Notes: a model not told the origin generated them from the sequence alone. A stretch of DNA of 64,000 nucleotides from Verrucomicrobiaceae bacterium (GCA_051252135.1 JBPOGH010000005.1:1-64000), one strand, 5' to 3'; positions 9,273 to 20,184 are shown, numbered from the stretch's first letter. Numbers and translations: made by a program.

Positions 9273-10700
9273 CTACCTCCCCAACACCACCGGCACACTC
9301 GCATTCCCATACCGATCCACCGCGCTCACCGCGACCGCATCCGGATTTCCACCCAGCTTCACCGAAGTCCCTGAAGAAACCGTCGCTAGCACCCAACGCT
9401 TTCCATACCGCACCTGCACCGCATACTTCGCACACCCCGGCACCCGCGCCCAATTCACCAATATCCCACTCTCACTTTTGGTAACTCCCGCCGATGGCGT
9501 CTGGGGCACCACCTTGCTTACCCAAGGCATCGGAGGAACCAATGCCGGCTCCTGATAAAAACTCTTCGCCACTGCCGAGGCCACCCCGCCCCGATCGTTC
9601 ATCAGCGATTTCATACTCCAAAAAACATGCCCCACATAGTTCCGCCCAATCGTCCGTGACTGCGCCACCTGGTTCACAATCTCACTCGCCGGACGCCCCG
9701 GATCCTCACTCGAGTTCACCCGTGCCGAAGCAATCCCCGGCCACACCGGACGACTCCCCTGCGCCCTCCACCATGTGAGCAATCTCGTGTAGCTTTGAGG
9801 ACTGTTAATCCGCCAATAAAGCTGCGGCGAAAGATAATCGCACCACCCGCTCGCCAACCACTTCCGTGAGTCCGCCGCCAAATGCTCATACGCATCAATA
9901 TTCGCCGTCGTCCCGCTCGGCACCCCCGGCCGCCAAATCCCAAACGGACTGATCCCCACACGCACCCACGGCTTGCTCGCTTTCACCGTCGAATACATCC
10001 GGCTCACAAACCCATCCACCGCCGCCCGCCGTGCACTCGATGATTTCCCATCCGGAAAAACCTCCTTCGGCCGTCCCTCTTTCGTCAAATCAGGATAAGG
10101 ATAAAAGTAGTCATCGATATGGACCCCATCCACATCATAACGGTTCACCACATCCATGATCACCGAAAGCGCACGTTGCTGCGTAAACGCACTCGAAGGA
10201 TCCATCCACTTGTAGTTCTTATACGCACGGATCACCGAAGGATGGGTCCGCGTCACATGATTGCTCGATACCGGCAGATCCTTGTTCGGCAACGCCCGAA
10301 AAGGATTGAACCACGCATGCACCTCAATCCCCCGCGCATGCGCCTGCTGAATGCAAAACGCCAGCGGGTCATACCCCGGTGACTTCCCCATCGTCCCGCT
10401 CAACCAATGACTCCACGGCTCATACCGTGACCCATAGGCCGCATCCGCATTCGGCCGCACCTGAAAGATGATCGCATTCATCTTCAGCGCCGCCATCTTA
10501 TCCAAAATCCTCACCAACTCCCCCTGCTGCGCCGATGCCCCCAGTCCCTTCTTGCTCGGCCAATCAATATTATAAACACAAGCCACCCACGCACCCCGAA
10601 ACTCCCTCGGAATCACCGGAGCACGCTCTTGAGTCGGGCGATAATTCTGCCCGCAGGCAAGGCCGGCCATCACCAGCGAAAAGAGTACCCTCATCAGCAT
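9273..10700 (-). CDS. Glycoside hydrolase GHL10 (YddW/DigH-like)
   Basis: REFRGAWVA..NIDWPS, HAWFNPFR, DGVHIDDYFYPY, DYLSPQLYW. Start approximate. Confidence 0.85.
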   Translation of the reverse strand: MLMRVLFSLVMAGLACGQNYRPTQERAPVIPREFRGAWVACVYNIDWPSKKGLGASAQQGELVRILDKMAALKMNAIIFQVRPNADAAYGSRYEPWSHWLSGTMGKSPGYDPLAFCIQQAHARGIEVHAWFNPFRALPNKDLPVSSNHVTRTHPSVIRAYKNYKWMDPSSAFTQQRALSVIMDVVNRYDVDGVHIDDYFYPYPDLTKEGRPKEVFPDGKSSSARRAAVDGFVSRMYSTVKASKPWVRVGISPFGIWRPGVPSGTTANIDAYEHLAADSRKWLASGWCDYLSPQLYWRINSPQSYTRLLTWWRAQGSRPVWPGIASARVNSSEDPGRPASEIVNQVAQSRTIGRNYVGHVFWSMKSLMNDRGGVASAVAKSFYQEPALVPPMPWVSKVVPQTPSAGVTKSESGILVNWARVPGCAKYAVQVRYGKRWVLATVSSGTSVKLGGNPDAVAVSAVDRYGNASVPVVLGR

Positions 10701-10795
10701 GATGCAACCTTTCACATGTCCTAAATAACCTCAAGCGAGAAGGTTCACTCATCCCACACTATACAAAAGAAATTTTTCTGTCTAAGAACCGCGCC

Positions 10796-11677
10796 ATGTT
10801 CGCAGGCACTTTCACCGCCCTCATCACTCCCTTCCGCGATGGCTCTCTCGATCGTGACGCTTTCAAAGCGCTCATCGACCGCCAGGTCGCCGCCGGAATC
10901 ACCGGCATCGTCCCCGTCGGCACCACCGGAGAATCCCCCACTCTCAACACCGACGAACATCTCGAGGTCATCAAGGCCGCTGTCGAATTCGCCGACGGCC
11001 GATTCAAGGTCATCGCCGGCTCGGGCGCAAACTCCACCTCCGAAGCCATCCACCTCACCCAGGCTGCCGAGGCCGCCGGTGCCGATGCCTCTCTCCAGGT
11101 CTGCCCCTACTACAACAAGCCCTCCCAGGAAGGCCTCTACCAGCACTACAAGACGGTCGCCGCAAACACCGGCCTCCCCATTATGCTCTACTCCGTCCCG
11201 GGACGCTCCGTCATCGAGATCGGAATCGATACCGTCGCCCGCCTCGCCAACGACTGTGAAAACATCGTCGCCAACAAGGAAGCCGGCGGCTCGGTCGATC
11301 GCGTCAACCAACTCGTCCAGGCCGTCCCGCGCGATTTCGAAATCCTCTCCGGCGACGACCCCCTCACCCTCCCCTTCATGTCCTGCGGAGCCGTCGGCCT
11401 CGTCAGCGTCGCCTCCAACCTCATCCCCGAGGTCATGGTCAGCCTCGTCAACCGCTGCCTCGAGGGCCAATACGCCGAAGCCCTTGAACTCCAAAAGCGC
11501 TACTACCCGCTCCTCTCCGGCCTCATGGGACTCGATACCAACCCCGTCCCCATCAAGTCCGCCGTCGCCCTCCAGGGCCACTGCTCCGATGAAATCCGCC
11601 TTCCCCTCATCAATCTCACCGATGAGAAAACGGCCGAGCTCACCCAACTCCTCAAGACCTACAGTCTCCTCAGCTAG
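10796..11677 (+). CDS. dapA: 4-hydroxy-tetrahydrodipicolinate synthase
   Basis: GTTGES, PYYNKPSQEG, catalytic Lys in NKEA, SGDD, NPVPIK. Confidence 0.95.
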   Translation: MFAGTFTALITPFRDGSLDRDAFKALIDRQVAAGITGIVPVGTTGESPTLNTDEHLEVIKAAVEFADGRFKVIAGSGANSTSEAIHLTQAAEAAGADASLQVCPYYNKPSQEGLYQHYKTVAANTGLPIMLYSVPGRSVIEIGIDTVARLANDCENIVANKEAGGSVDRVNQLVQAVPRDFEILSGDDPLTLPFMSCGAVGLVSVASNLIPEVMVSLVNRCLEGQYAEALELQKRYYPLLSGLMGLDTNPVPIKSAVALQGHCSDEIRLPLINLTDEKTAELTQLLKTYSLLS

Positions 11678-11679
11678 TC

Positions 11680-12408
11680 ATGAAAGTCGCCCGGATGCCA
11701 GACGGCTCACCGGAGCTCTTTCACACCCTGCAAGGCGAAGGCCCCTCCATCGGCGCCCCCGCCATCTTCCTGCGCCTCTCCCTCTGCAATCTCCATTGCC
11801 GGTGGTGCGACACCCCCTACACCTGGAACTGGGAAAAGACACCCTGGCAACACGACGACAACACCAAGTTCTCAAAGGCCGACCACCTCATCGATCTCAC
11901 CCCCGATGAACTCGCCCCCCTCATCCAAGCCTACCCCTGCGACCGCCTCGTCATCACCGGCGGCGAACCCCTCCTCCAGCAGACCGAAATCCCGGCCCTC
12001 CTCGAGAAACTCAATCTCCCCCACATCGAGATCGAAACCAACGGCACCCAACTCCCCTCCCCGGCCCTCGACTCCCGCGTCACCGCCTACAACGTCTCCC
12101 CCAAGCTCGCCAACTCCGGCATGGAAGAGTCGCTCCGCGTAAAGGACACCCCCCTCACTTTCTTCGCCGCCTCCCCCAAGGCCAACTTCAAGTTCGTCGT
12201 CTGCTCGGAGGCCGATCTTACCGAAATCCAGGCCCTCCGGGAGCGCTTCAACATCCCCTCCTCCCGCATCTTCCTCATGCCCGAAGGCCGCTCCCCCGCC
12301 GCCCTCGACCAGCGCTCCCTCTGGCTCGCCGATATCTGCCGCGACCAAGGCTACCGCTTCACCCCCCGCCTCCACGTCCTCCTCTGGGGCGACAAGCGCG
12401 GAAAATAA
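11680..12408 (+). CDS. queE: 7-carboxy-7-deazaguanine synthase (radical SAM)
   Basis: TLQGEG, CNLHCRWCDT, ITGGEP, IETNG, SPKL, PRLH. Confidence 0.88.
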   Translation: MKVARMPDGSPELFHTLQGEGPSIGAPAIFLRLSLCNLHCRWCDTPYTWNWEKTPWQHDDNTKFSKADHLIDLTPDELAPLIQAYPCDRLVITGGEPLLQQTEIPALLEKLNLPHIEIETNGTQLPSPALDSRVTAYNVSPKLANSGMEESLRVKDTPLTFFAASPKANFKFVVCSEADLTEIQALRERFNIPSSRIFLMPEGRSPAALDQRSLWLADICRDQGYRFTPRLHVLLWGDKRGK

Positions 12409-12463
12409 TCCCTTTTTCATGCAACTTCTGCGCTCAGGAAGGGTTTCCTCAAGTGCACCAGCC

Positions 12464-12874
12464 ATGAAAAATCACCTTCCACACGATTTTGACGAAAAGA
12501 TTGACCAAGACAGCGTCTGGAATCTTCTCGAAAACTCAACCCCTGCCGAGCCCTCCGGCACCTTCGTTCAGGACACCCTGAGACGCGCCCGGCTCGAGTC
12601 ACAGGAAAAGGAATCGTGGTGGAAAAAACTCACCTCGCCCTTCGCCCTCGCCGGCCTCTCCGCCACCACCGTGGCTGCCATCGCTCTCGTCGTCACCCTC
12701 AACAGCGAGCCCACCAACCCCACCCCGCCCGTAGCCATTGAGGACACCCCCGCTCCCGAGACCACCGTCGAATGGACCGAGCTGGAGGACGCCCTCGCCG
12801 GTGAGCTTCTCGCTACCGTCTCCGAAGAGCCCTCCCTCCTCTCCGATCAGGAGCTCGTCGCCCTCCTCTTCTAA
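12464..12874 (+). CDS. Hypothetical single-TM protein (anti-sigma-like architecture)
   Basis: VWNLL....P..PS..FVQDTLRRAR, then one TM helix and an acidic tail. Confidence 0.65.
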   Translation: MKNHLPHDFDEKIDQDSVWNLLENSTPAEPSGTFVQDTLRRARLESQEKESWWKKLTSPFALAGLSATTVAAIALVVTLNSEPTNPTPPVAIEDTPAPETTVEWTELEDALAGELLATVSEEPSLLSDQELVALLF

Positions 12875-12887
12875 CCTCCCTCTTCCC

Positions 12888-14921
12888 ATGAAATCCTTCC
12901 TCTTCCTCCTCACCCTCCTCTCCGCGCTCCACGCCGCCCCCCTCTCCATCGAGGTCGTCAAAAACACCGCACGGGAAATCGACGAAATCCTCGTCCTCGG
13001 ACAGCAGAAGCAAAACGTCACCCCCAACGACCTCCTCGACGACCCCACTTTCCTCCGCCGGTCCTACCTGAACATCATCGGACGCATCCCCACCCCGGAA
13101 GAAGCCCAAACTTTCCTCGCCTCCACCGATGCCGATAAGCGCAGCCACCTCATCGAGACCCTCACCAACTCCACCGGACTCAAATCCCGCCTCTTCAATT
13201 TCTGGGCCGACCTTCTCCGCCTTCAGTCGAACGAGGAAGCCGCAGGCCTCGGCTGGCACGTCTGGCTCCGCAAGGCCGTCGAGACCAACATGCCCTACGA
13301 CAAGATGGTCAACGCCATGCTCGCCGCAGACGGCCACGCTGCCGAAGACCCTGCCGCCGGCTACTACCTCCGCGACCGCGGCATGCTCCTCGATAACGTC
13401 TCAAACACCGTCCAGGTCTTCCTCGGCCACCAGATCGGCTGCGCCCAATGCCACGATCACCCCTTCGATACCTTCACCCAAATGGACTACTACCAGCTCG
13501 CCGCCTTCCTCGGAGGCACCGAGTACCGCTTCGATGGCGCCCGCGAGAAAATCCGCGAAATCATCGGCGGCCCCTCCATGCCCGACCGCAAGGCCATGGC
13601 CAAAATGTCCCCCAAGCAGCGCAAAAAAGCCCTCAATGGCAAAGGCGCCAAAATGAAAGAGGCCAAGGACATCGCCAGCGTCTTCCGCTACCACAACCGC
13701 AACGCCCTCAGCACCGCTCCCAACCGCGAACTGAAACTTCCCGATGACTACAAATATGAGGACGGCGTCCCCGGCGAAGCCATCCCGCCCCGCACCATCT
13801 TCGGCGACAAGCTCGACAACGTCCCACCCGAGAAGCGCAAGGAAGCCTTCGCCAACTGGGTCACCTCCAAGGAAAATCCCTACTTCACCAAGGTCATCGC
13901 CAACCGTCTCTGGGCCTACGTCTTCGGCGCCGGTGTCGTCCCGGAACTCGATAACTGGAGTAACTCCGCCGCCCCCCTCTACCCCGAGCTCATGGACACT
14001 CTGGAATCCGCGATGAAAGTCACCGACTACGACGTCGCCGAATTCCTCCGCATCCTCTACCACACCCAACTCTTCCAACGTGAAGCCTCCGCCACCGACC
14101 CCGTCCAAGGCGCAGCCTTCCACTTCTCCGGCCCCGTCCTCCGCCGCATGAGCGCCGAGGAAATCCGTGACTCCTTCGTCACCCTCAGCTCCGGAGTCGT
14201 CGATGACAACGTCAACACCGGCATGGAGGAAGCATGGGAAGAATACGTCGAATCCTACACCTTCCTCATGAACTCCTCCGCCGAAGAACTCCGCGAAATC
14301 GACAAGATCAGCGACGGAGCCGAGGCCGCACGCCGCGCCGCCCAGGCCGAGGGAGCCAAACTCCGCACCGCCATCCGCGAGGCCAAGGAAGCCGGAAACC
14401 AGGCTGAAATGCGCCGCCTCTTCGCCCAGGCCAAAACCCTCCGCGATAAGGTCGGCAAAAAAGGACAACGCTACGGCATGGACAACGAAGCCTACCAAAT
14501 GGCCAGCGCCGCCATCTCCCGCCGCGCCCCTCGCGCCGACCCCTCCTACTCCCAGTTCGAAATGCGCGCCTCGGAGGTTCCCGCACCCGCTCGTGGAAAC
14601 ACTCTCGTTCGTGAGTTCGGCGCCTCCGACCGCGAAACCCCGGACGCCAGCCACACCCAGGCCACCGTCCCCCAGACCCTTCGCCTCCTCAACGGAAACG
14701 AAACCGCCCTCCTCACCTCCAAGCGAAACACCTTCGCCCGTGAGATTGCAAAGATCGACTCCCCCGAAGAACGCCTCGATTACCTCTTCCTCTCCCTCTA
14801 CTCCGCCAAGCCCACCACCCGGGAAAAGGAAACCTTCCTCCCCGAGGTCCAGACCGTCAACGGCACCGCCACCCTCGCCCGCGCCATGCTCACCTCCAAC
14901 CGCTTCCTCTTCGTCCAGTAA
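12888..14921 (+). CDS. DUF1549/DUF1553 (PSD1-type) protein with CxxCH motif
   Basis: DDPTFLRRSYLNIIGRIPT, IGCAQCHDHPFD, NRLWAYVFG. Confidence 0.88.
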   Translation: MKSFLFLLTLLSALHAAPLSIEVVKNTAREIDEILVLGQQKQNVTPNDLLDDPTFLRRSYLNIIGRIPTPEEAQTFLASTDADKRSHLIETLTNSTGLKSRLFNFWADLLRLQSNEEAAGLGWHVWLRKAVETNMPYDKMVNAMLAADGHAAEDPAAGYYLRDRGMLLDNVSNTVQVFLGHQIGCAQCHDHPFDTFTQMDYYQLAAFLGGTEYRFDGAREKIREIIGGPSMPDRKAMAKMSPKQRKKALNGKGAKMKEAKDIASVFRYHNRNALSTAPNRELKLPDDYKYEDGVPGEAIPPRTIFGDKLDNVPPEKRKEAFANWVTSKENPYFTKVIANRLWAYVFGAGVVPELDNWSNSAAPLYPELMDTLESAMKVTDYDVAEFLRILYHTQLFQREASATDPVQGAAFHFSGPVLRRMSAEEIRDSFVTLSSGVVDDNVNTGMEEAWEEYVESYTFLMNSSAEELREIDKISDGAEAARRAAQAEGAKLRTAIREAKEAGNQAEMRRLFAQAKTLRDKVGKKGQRYGMDNEAYQMASAAISRRAPRADPSYSQFEMRASEVPAPARGNTLVREFGASDRETPDASHTQATVPQTLRLLNGNETALLTSKRNTFAREIAKIDSPEERLDYLFLSLYSAKPTTREKETFLPEVQTVNGTATLARAMLTSNRFLFVQ

Positions 14922-14942
14922 CCCCCACCCCCTTCCACTCCC

Positions 14943-16256
14943 ATGAATCCTTTCAACCAACTCGACGAACTCAACCGCCGCGAGTTCCTCTCCAACACCG
15001 CCCGCACCGCCTTCGGTGTTACCCTCGGCGGAGCCTCAGCCTCCTGGTTCAATTCGGCCGAAGCTGCCGAAGCCATCGCCCAATCCAAAGGCAAGGCCAA
15101 GAACGTCATCTACCTCTACATGTCCGGAGGAATGACCCACATCGATACCTTCGACCCCAAGCCCGACGCCCCCTCCGGCATCCGCGGACCCCTCAAGCCC
15201 ATCGGCACCAATGTCTCCGGCATCATGCTCGGTCAACACCTTCAGCAGACCGCCAAGCACATGGACAAAATGGCCCTCGTCCGCTCCATGAACTCCACCC
15301 AGGGAGCTCACGCCCAGGGCAACTACAACGTCCACACCTCCTACACCCAGCGCGCCTCCATCACCCACCCTTCCATGGGTTCCTGGGCTAATAAACTCGA
15401 CCCCGCCCGCCTCGGCAACACCCTCCCTCCCTTCGTCACCGTTGGCGCTGGCAACCGCCACCCCGGCGCCGGATTCCTCGAACCCACCTTCGCCCCCCTC
15501 CCCATCGGAGACGCCGCCTCCGGACTTCAAAACTCCAGGCGCCGGAGGGAAATCTCCGAAGCCCAGTTCAACCGCCAAATCGCCCTCCGCTCCCAACTCG
15601 ATGGCGACTTCATGGAACGCTTCAGCAAAGGCCAACGCAACGTCCGCGCCTACAACGAGATGTTCGATAACGCCGTCAAGCTCATGAAGTCCGAGGACCT
15701 CGCCGCCTTCGATCTCTCCCAAGAACCCGAAGCCGCCCACGCCCTCTACGGCACCGAAAAATTCTCCAAGGGCGTCCTCCTCGCCCGCCGTCTTGTCGAA
15801 CACGGAGTCCGCTTCGTCGAAGTCCAATACGGCGGATTCGACTGGCACTCCGATGCCTTCACCAGGGCCGACGAAATGCTCCCTGTCCTCGACCGCGCCT
15901 ACGCCGCACTCCTCCACGATCTCGAAGTCAAAGGCCTCCTCGAAACCACCATGGTCGTCATCGCCACCGAGTTCGGCCGCACGCCTAAGATCGACGACGA
16001 CGCCGGCCGCAACCACTTCCCCAAAGCCTTCTCCTTCGCCCTCGCCGGAGCCGGCATCAAAGGCGGAACCGTCTACGGGGAAACCGATGAAACGGCCTCA
16101 AACGTCATCACCAAAAAGACCTCCCCCGCCGACTTCAACGCCACCATCGCCACCGCCATGGGCCTCAACTACAACGAGGTCGTCATGTCCCCCTCCAAGC
16201 GACCCTTCCGCATGGGCGGCGAGGACGGCCAACCCATCACCGAAGTCCTCACCTAA
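14943..16256 (+). CDS. DUF1501 family protein with Tat signal
   Basis: NRREFL Tat motif, GGMTHIDTFDPK, LARRLVEHGVRFVEV, EFGRTP. Confidence 0.9.
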   Translation: MNPFNQLDELNRREFLSNTARTAFGVTLGGASASWFNSAEAAEAIAQSKGKAKNVIYLYMSGGMTHIDTFDPKPDAPSGIRGPLKPIGTNVSGIMLGQHLQQTAKHMDKMALVRSMNSTQGAHAQGNYNVHTSYTQRASITHPSMGSWANKLDPARLGNTLPPFVTVGAGNRHPGAGFLEPTFAPLPIGDAASGLQNSRRRREISEAQFNRQIALRSQLDGDFMERFSKGQRNVRAYNEMFDNAVKLMKSEDLAAFDLSQEPEAAHALYGTEKFSKGVLLARRLVEHGVRFVEVQYGGFDWHSDAFTRADEMLPVLDRAYAALLHDLEVKGLLETTMVVIATEFGRTPKIDDDAGRNHFPKAFSFALAGAGIKGGTVYGETDETASNVITKKTSPADFNATIATAMGLNYNEVVMSPSKRPFRMGGEDGQPITEVLT

Positions 16257-16287
16257 TTTGGAGCGTATAAATTGACACCCCCCTCCC

Positions 16288-16316
16288 AAAGCGCAGCCCC
16301 CTAGCTGCGCTTTTTT
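16288..16316 (+). terminator. Intrinsic terminator
   Basis: AAAGCGCAGC-cccta-GCTGCGCTTTTTT. Confidence 0.8.
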
Positions 16317-16386
16317 CGCGTAACGCTTACAAGAACTTCCGCTGTTTGTAGTTCCGAACCCCATTCCCAGGCCTCATGGTAGAGTT

Positions 16387-16623
16387 ATGGAAAACATCTC
16401 TGTCTACATCATCTTTGCCATCATTCTGCTCCTCTTTTTATGGCTTTTAACCGCAGCTTGGCAATGGGGCTCTCGGGATACGGAACTTCGGGGAAAATCC
16501 CCGATTCTTGTGAGCATCGCTGTCATTCTCTTTTTCCCTTGGGGACTGTTCGCTTGGCTCGTATTTAGACCGGAACCCACCCCTGGGGCTCTCCCCCACC
16601 ACCGAATCCCCCCCAATAGCTAA
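16387..16623 (+). CDS. Small hypothetical membrane protein
   Basis: Two TM segments, D.E.RGKS and PWGLFAWLVFRP. Confidence 0.65.
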   Translation: MENISVYIIFAIILLLFLWLLTAAWQWGSRDTELRGKSPILVSIAVILFFPWGLFAWLVFRPEPTPGALPHHRIPPNS

Positions 16624-16647
16624 CCACCTCGCTTTCCAAGCCACCCC

Positions 16648-17058
16648 ATGCCCTTCCCCTTCAAAGAAAACCTCACCCTCGACGGACGCTGCGACCGCAC
16701 AACCTGGTGGTCGGTCTCCATTGGCATGGCCATTCTCAGCGCCCTCTTCTTCGCCCTCATCATTCTCGCCATCGCAAACGCCCCCGCCTCGATTCTCAAA
16801 CTCAGCTTGGTCCTCGTAGCCATCCTCGAGCTCTTCTGCATCTGGATCGTCATCGCCATCACCGTCCGGCGCTTCCGTGACATCGGCCTCAGCCCCTGGT
16901 TCACCTTCCTCTACCTCATCCCCCACTTCGGCTGGATCCTCGTCCTCATCCCCTGCGGCTGCCTCCCCTCAAAAGACGCCCCCCGCAAAAAAACCGTCAC
17001 CCGCCGCAGAACGGTGAACTCAAAGCAACAAAATCCACCGCCCAACCCCGGATCGTAG
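16648..17058 (+). CDS. DUF805 inner-membrane protein
   Basis: GR..R..WW and ITVRRFRDIGLSPW...LIP motifs. Confidence 0.85.
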   Translation: MPFPFKENLTLDGRCDRTTWWSVSIGMAILSALFFALIILAIANAPASILKLSLVLVAILELFCIWIVIAITVRRFRDIGLSPWFTFLYLIPHFGWILVLIPCGCLPSKDAPRKKTVTRRRTVNSKQQNPPPNPGS

Positions 17059-17079
17059 GACAGGTGAAAATCCATCAGA

Positions 17080-17300
17080 TGCTTCCCCCCTCAACCAAGT
17101 TTCGTCCATTTCGTAAGTTTCGTGGTTCCAAATCCCCCCAACCAAGCCATCCCCTTCATCCTGTCCATCTGCGGTTTAAAAAATTCCCCAACCCAAGCCC
17201 CCAACCAAGCAATTCCTAATCCCTAATTCTTAATTCCAAATTCTTCTCCCCCCATTTCCCTTCACAACTCATCATTCCCAACTCACCATTCCGCTCACCA
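17080..17300. repeat. Intergenic repeat mosaic
   Basis: Shares modules with 457-546, 5882, 9009 and 60770. Confidence 0.75.
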
Positions 17301-19790
17301 ATGGCTGGCGAAAAAAAACTCACTCCCATGATGGCCCAATATCAGGCCATCCGGAGATCGCTGCCCGATGACATCCTCCTCCTCTACCGCCTCGGCGACT
17401 TCTACGAGATGTTCTTCGAGGACGCCAAAACCGCCGCCGGCATCCTCAACGTCGCCCTCACCAAACGCCACGACATCCCCATGTGCGGCGTCCCCCATCA
17501 CGCCGCCCAAGGCTACATCGCCAAGCTCATCAAGGCCAACAAGCGCGTCGCCATCGCCGAGCAAACCTCCGAGCCCGTCCCCGGCAAGCTCGTCGAACGC
17601 GAGATCGCCCAAATCATCTCCGCCGGCACCGTCGATGACATCACGCTCCTCGACGACACCCGCCACAATTACCTCGCCGCTGTCTTCACCGCAGGCACCG
17701 CCAAAAAACCTCGCTTCGGCCTCGCCTGTGCCGACCACACCACCGGCGAGTTCACCGTCGCCGAATTCCCCGATGCCCAACAACTCGAGGACGAGCTCAC
17801 CCGCCTTTCCCCCTCCGAGCTCCTCATCTCCGAGGATCAGGTCAAAGAACTCGGCCACCTCCGCCACTCGCTCCCCTACGATAGCTACGCCTTCATTCAG
17901 GAACAGGCCCTGCACACCCTAAAAGACCATTTCAAGGTCCAGTCCCTCGCCGGCTTTGGCTGCGCCGAAATGCCAGCCGCCATCGCCTCCGCCGGGGGCG
18001 TCCTCCACTACCTTTCCTATCAACTCCGGCGCGATTGCTCACACCTCCGCACCCTCTCGGTCCGCGACACCGCCGACTACGTCCTCATCGATACCGCCTC
18101 GCAGACAAACCTCGACCTCGTCGACTCCCGCTCCGGCAAACAACACACTCTCCTCGGCGTCCTCGACCGCACCTCCACCCCCATGGGAGCCCGCAAGCTC
18201 CGCGATTGGATCCTCCACCCCCTCCGCGATCTCAACGCCCTCACCTCACGCCTCGACCTCGTCGACTCCCTCCTCGCCGAGCCCTACCTCCTCACCAAAC
18301 TCCGCGACTCTCTCAAGAACATCCGCGATATCGAACGCACCACCGGCCGCCTCTCCCAAGGATCCGGCAACGCCCGCGATCTCAAATCCCTCCAGACTTC
18401 TCTCGAAAGGATCCCCGATCTCCGCGCCGACCTCAAAGCCCTCCCGCAGACCTCGAAACTCCAGTCGCAAATCTCCGACACCATCCAGGAATTTCCCGAG
18501 CTCGTCACCTTCCTCCAAACCGCTCTCGTCGACGAACCGCCCGCCAACATCCGCGATGGCGGCATCATCCGCGATGGCCACAGCGACGCCCTCGACGAAC
18601 TCCGCTCCGCTTCCAGCGATGGCAAAAAATGGATCGCCGAACTCCAGCAATCCGAGCGCAAACGCACCGGCATCGACTCGCTCAAAATCAAGTTCAACAA
18701 CGTCTTCGGTTACTTCATCGAGATCACCAAAGCCAACGCCGCCAAAGCTCCCGACGACTACCAGCGGAAGCAAACCATGGCCAACGCCGAGCGCTTCATC
18801 ACCCCCGGCCTCAAGGAAGTCGAAGGCAAAGTCCTCGGCGCCGATGACCGCGCCAAAGCCCTCGAATACGACGAGTTCATCAAGCTTCGCTCCCAAGTCA
18901 CCGACCACCTCGTCCCCCTCCAACAAACCGCCGACGCCCTCGCCACCCTCGACGTCCTCATCTCCTTCGCCGAGACCGCCCAACTCTACCAACACACCCG
19001 CCCCGTCCTCGACGACTCCCTCCACCTCCAGATCGTCAACGGCCGCCACCCCGTCCTCGAACAAACCCTCATCGAGGAAAAATTCGTCCCCAACGACACC
19101 CTCATCGATCCCGCCGAGTCCCGACTCCAAATCCTCACCGGCCCCAACATGGCCGGAAAGTCGACCTACATCCGCCAGATCGCCCTCATCACCCTCATGG
19201 CCCAAATCGGCGCCTACGTCCCCGCCGAGCACGCCCACATCGGACTCACCGATCGCATCTTCTGCCGCGTCGGCGCTTCCGATGACCTCGCCAAAGGCCA
19301 ATCCACCTTCATGGTCGAGATGAACGAGACCTCCCTCATCGTCAACAACGCCACCGAAAAATCCCTCGTCATCCTTGATGAGATCGGCCGCGGCACCGCC
19401 ACCTTTGATGGCCTCTCCATCGCCTGGTCCGTCGCCGAATACCTCCACGACGTCGTCAAATCACGCACCCTCTTCGCCACCCACTACCACGAGCTCTGCG
19501 CCCTCTCCGACTCCAGGGACTCCGTCGCCAACTTCAACGTCGCCGTCCGCGAGTGGAATGAAGACATCATCTTCCTCCGCAAAATCCTCCCCGGCCAAGC
19601 CGACAAGAGTTACGGCATCCAGGTCGCCCGCCTCGCCGGCCTCCCCAAGCCCATCCTCGACCGCGCCAAGGAAATCCTCTCCCACCTCGAGATGACCTCC
19701 TCCAAGCCCACCAGGGAAAAATCCACCTCCCCCAAGGCCAAAAAAGCCCTCCCCGAAGCCGACTCCCCCCAAATGGACCTCTTCAGCTAA
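17301..19790 (+). CDS. mutS: DNA mismatch repair protein MutS
   Basis: TPMMAQY, GDFYE, TGPNMAGKS, DEIGRGT and C-terminal QMDLF clamp motif. Confidence 0.97.
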   Translation: MAGEKKLTPMMAQYQAIRRSLPDDILLLYRLGDFYEMFFEDAKTAAGILNVALTKRHDIPMCGVPHHAAQGYIAKLIKANKRVAIAEQTSEPVPGKLVEREIAQIISAGTVDDITLLDDTRHNYLAAVFTAGTAKKPRFGLACADHTTGEFTVAEFPDAQQLEDELTRLSPSELLISEDQVKELGHLRHSLPYDSYAFIQEQALHTLKDHFKVQSLAGFGCAEMPAAIASAGGVLHYLSYQLRRDCSHLRTLSVRDTADYVLIDTASQTNLDLVDSRSGKQHTLLGVLDRTSTPMGARKLRDWILHPLRDLNALTSRLDLVDSLLAEPYLLTKLRDSLKNIRDIERTTGRLSQGSGNARDLKSLQTSLERIPDLRADLKALPQTSKLQSQISDTIQEFPELVTFLQTALVDEPPANIRDGGIIRDGHSDALDELRSASSDGKKWIAELQQSERKRTGIDSLKIKFNNVFGYFIEITKANAAKAPDDYQRKQTMANAERFITPGLKEVEGKVLGADDRAKALEYDEFIKLRSQVTDHLVPLQQTADALATLDVLISFAETAQLYQHTRPVLDDSLHLQIVNGRHPVLEQTLIEEKFVPNDTLIDPAESRLQILTGPNMAGKSTYIRQIALITLMAQIGAYVPAEHAHIGLTDRIFCRVGASDDLAKGQSTFMVEMNETSLIVNNATEKSLVILDEIGRGTATFDGLSIAWSVAEYLHDVVKSRTLFATHYHELCALSDSRDSVANFNVAVREWNEDIIFLRKILPGQADKSYGIQVARLAGLPKPILDRAKEILSHLEMTSSKPTREKSTSPKAKKALPEADSPQMDLFS

Positions 19791-19993
19791 AAGCCCAACC
19801 AAGAATATGGAGCGTGGCTTTCCAAGCCTACGCCCCCTCAACCAAGCCCCGGTTCGTAGTGTAGGTGGAATGCCCTTGGGTGCTTTAGCCGAACACCTCA
19901 ACCCAAGCCCCCCCAACCCGCGATCAGCCCCATTCGCGAGATTGTCTGAAGACCATCTCCACTACATTCCGGTTCGCGTTCCCTCCCCCCAAC

Positions 19994-20054
19994 CCAAGCC
20001 CAACGGGGACAAACTCCTCAACCCAGGTCGCAGGCCTGGGATCCTCCCCCCGAA
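19994..20054. repeat. 61-bp REP-like direct repeat, left copy
   Basis: Matches 20842-20902 with 4 mismatches; contains the hairpin CCCAGG-tcgcagg-CCTGGG. Confidence 0.85.
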
Positions 20055-20184
20055 TTTCCCTCCCCCCCGATCCCCAAATCCTCTCCCCCGCCCTCAAAGG
20101 CAACAACACCCCCAAACGCCGCTCCGAGATCCAGGACCTCCTCGACACCCTCGCCCTCCTCGGCCAACTCTGATCACCAGAACC

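Noticed and set aside
11680..12408. queE as part of a dpd 7-deazaguanine DNA-modification island
   Set aside because: No dpdA, queC or queD nearby; it is operonic with dapA.
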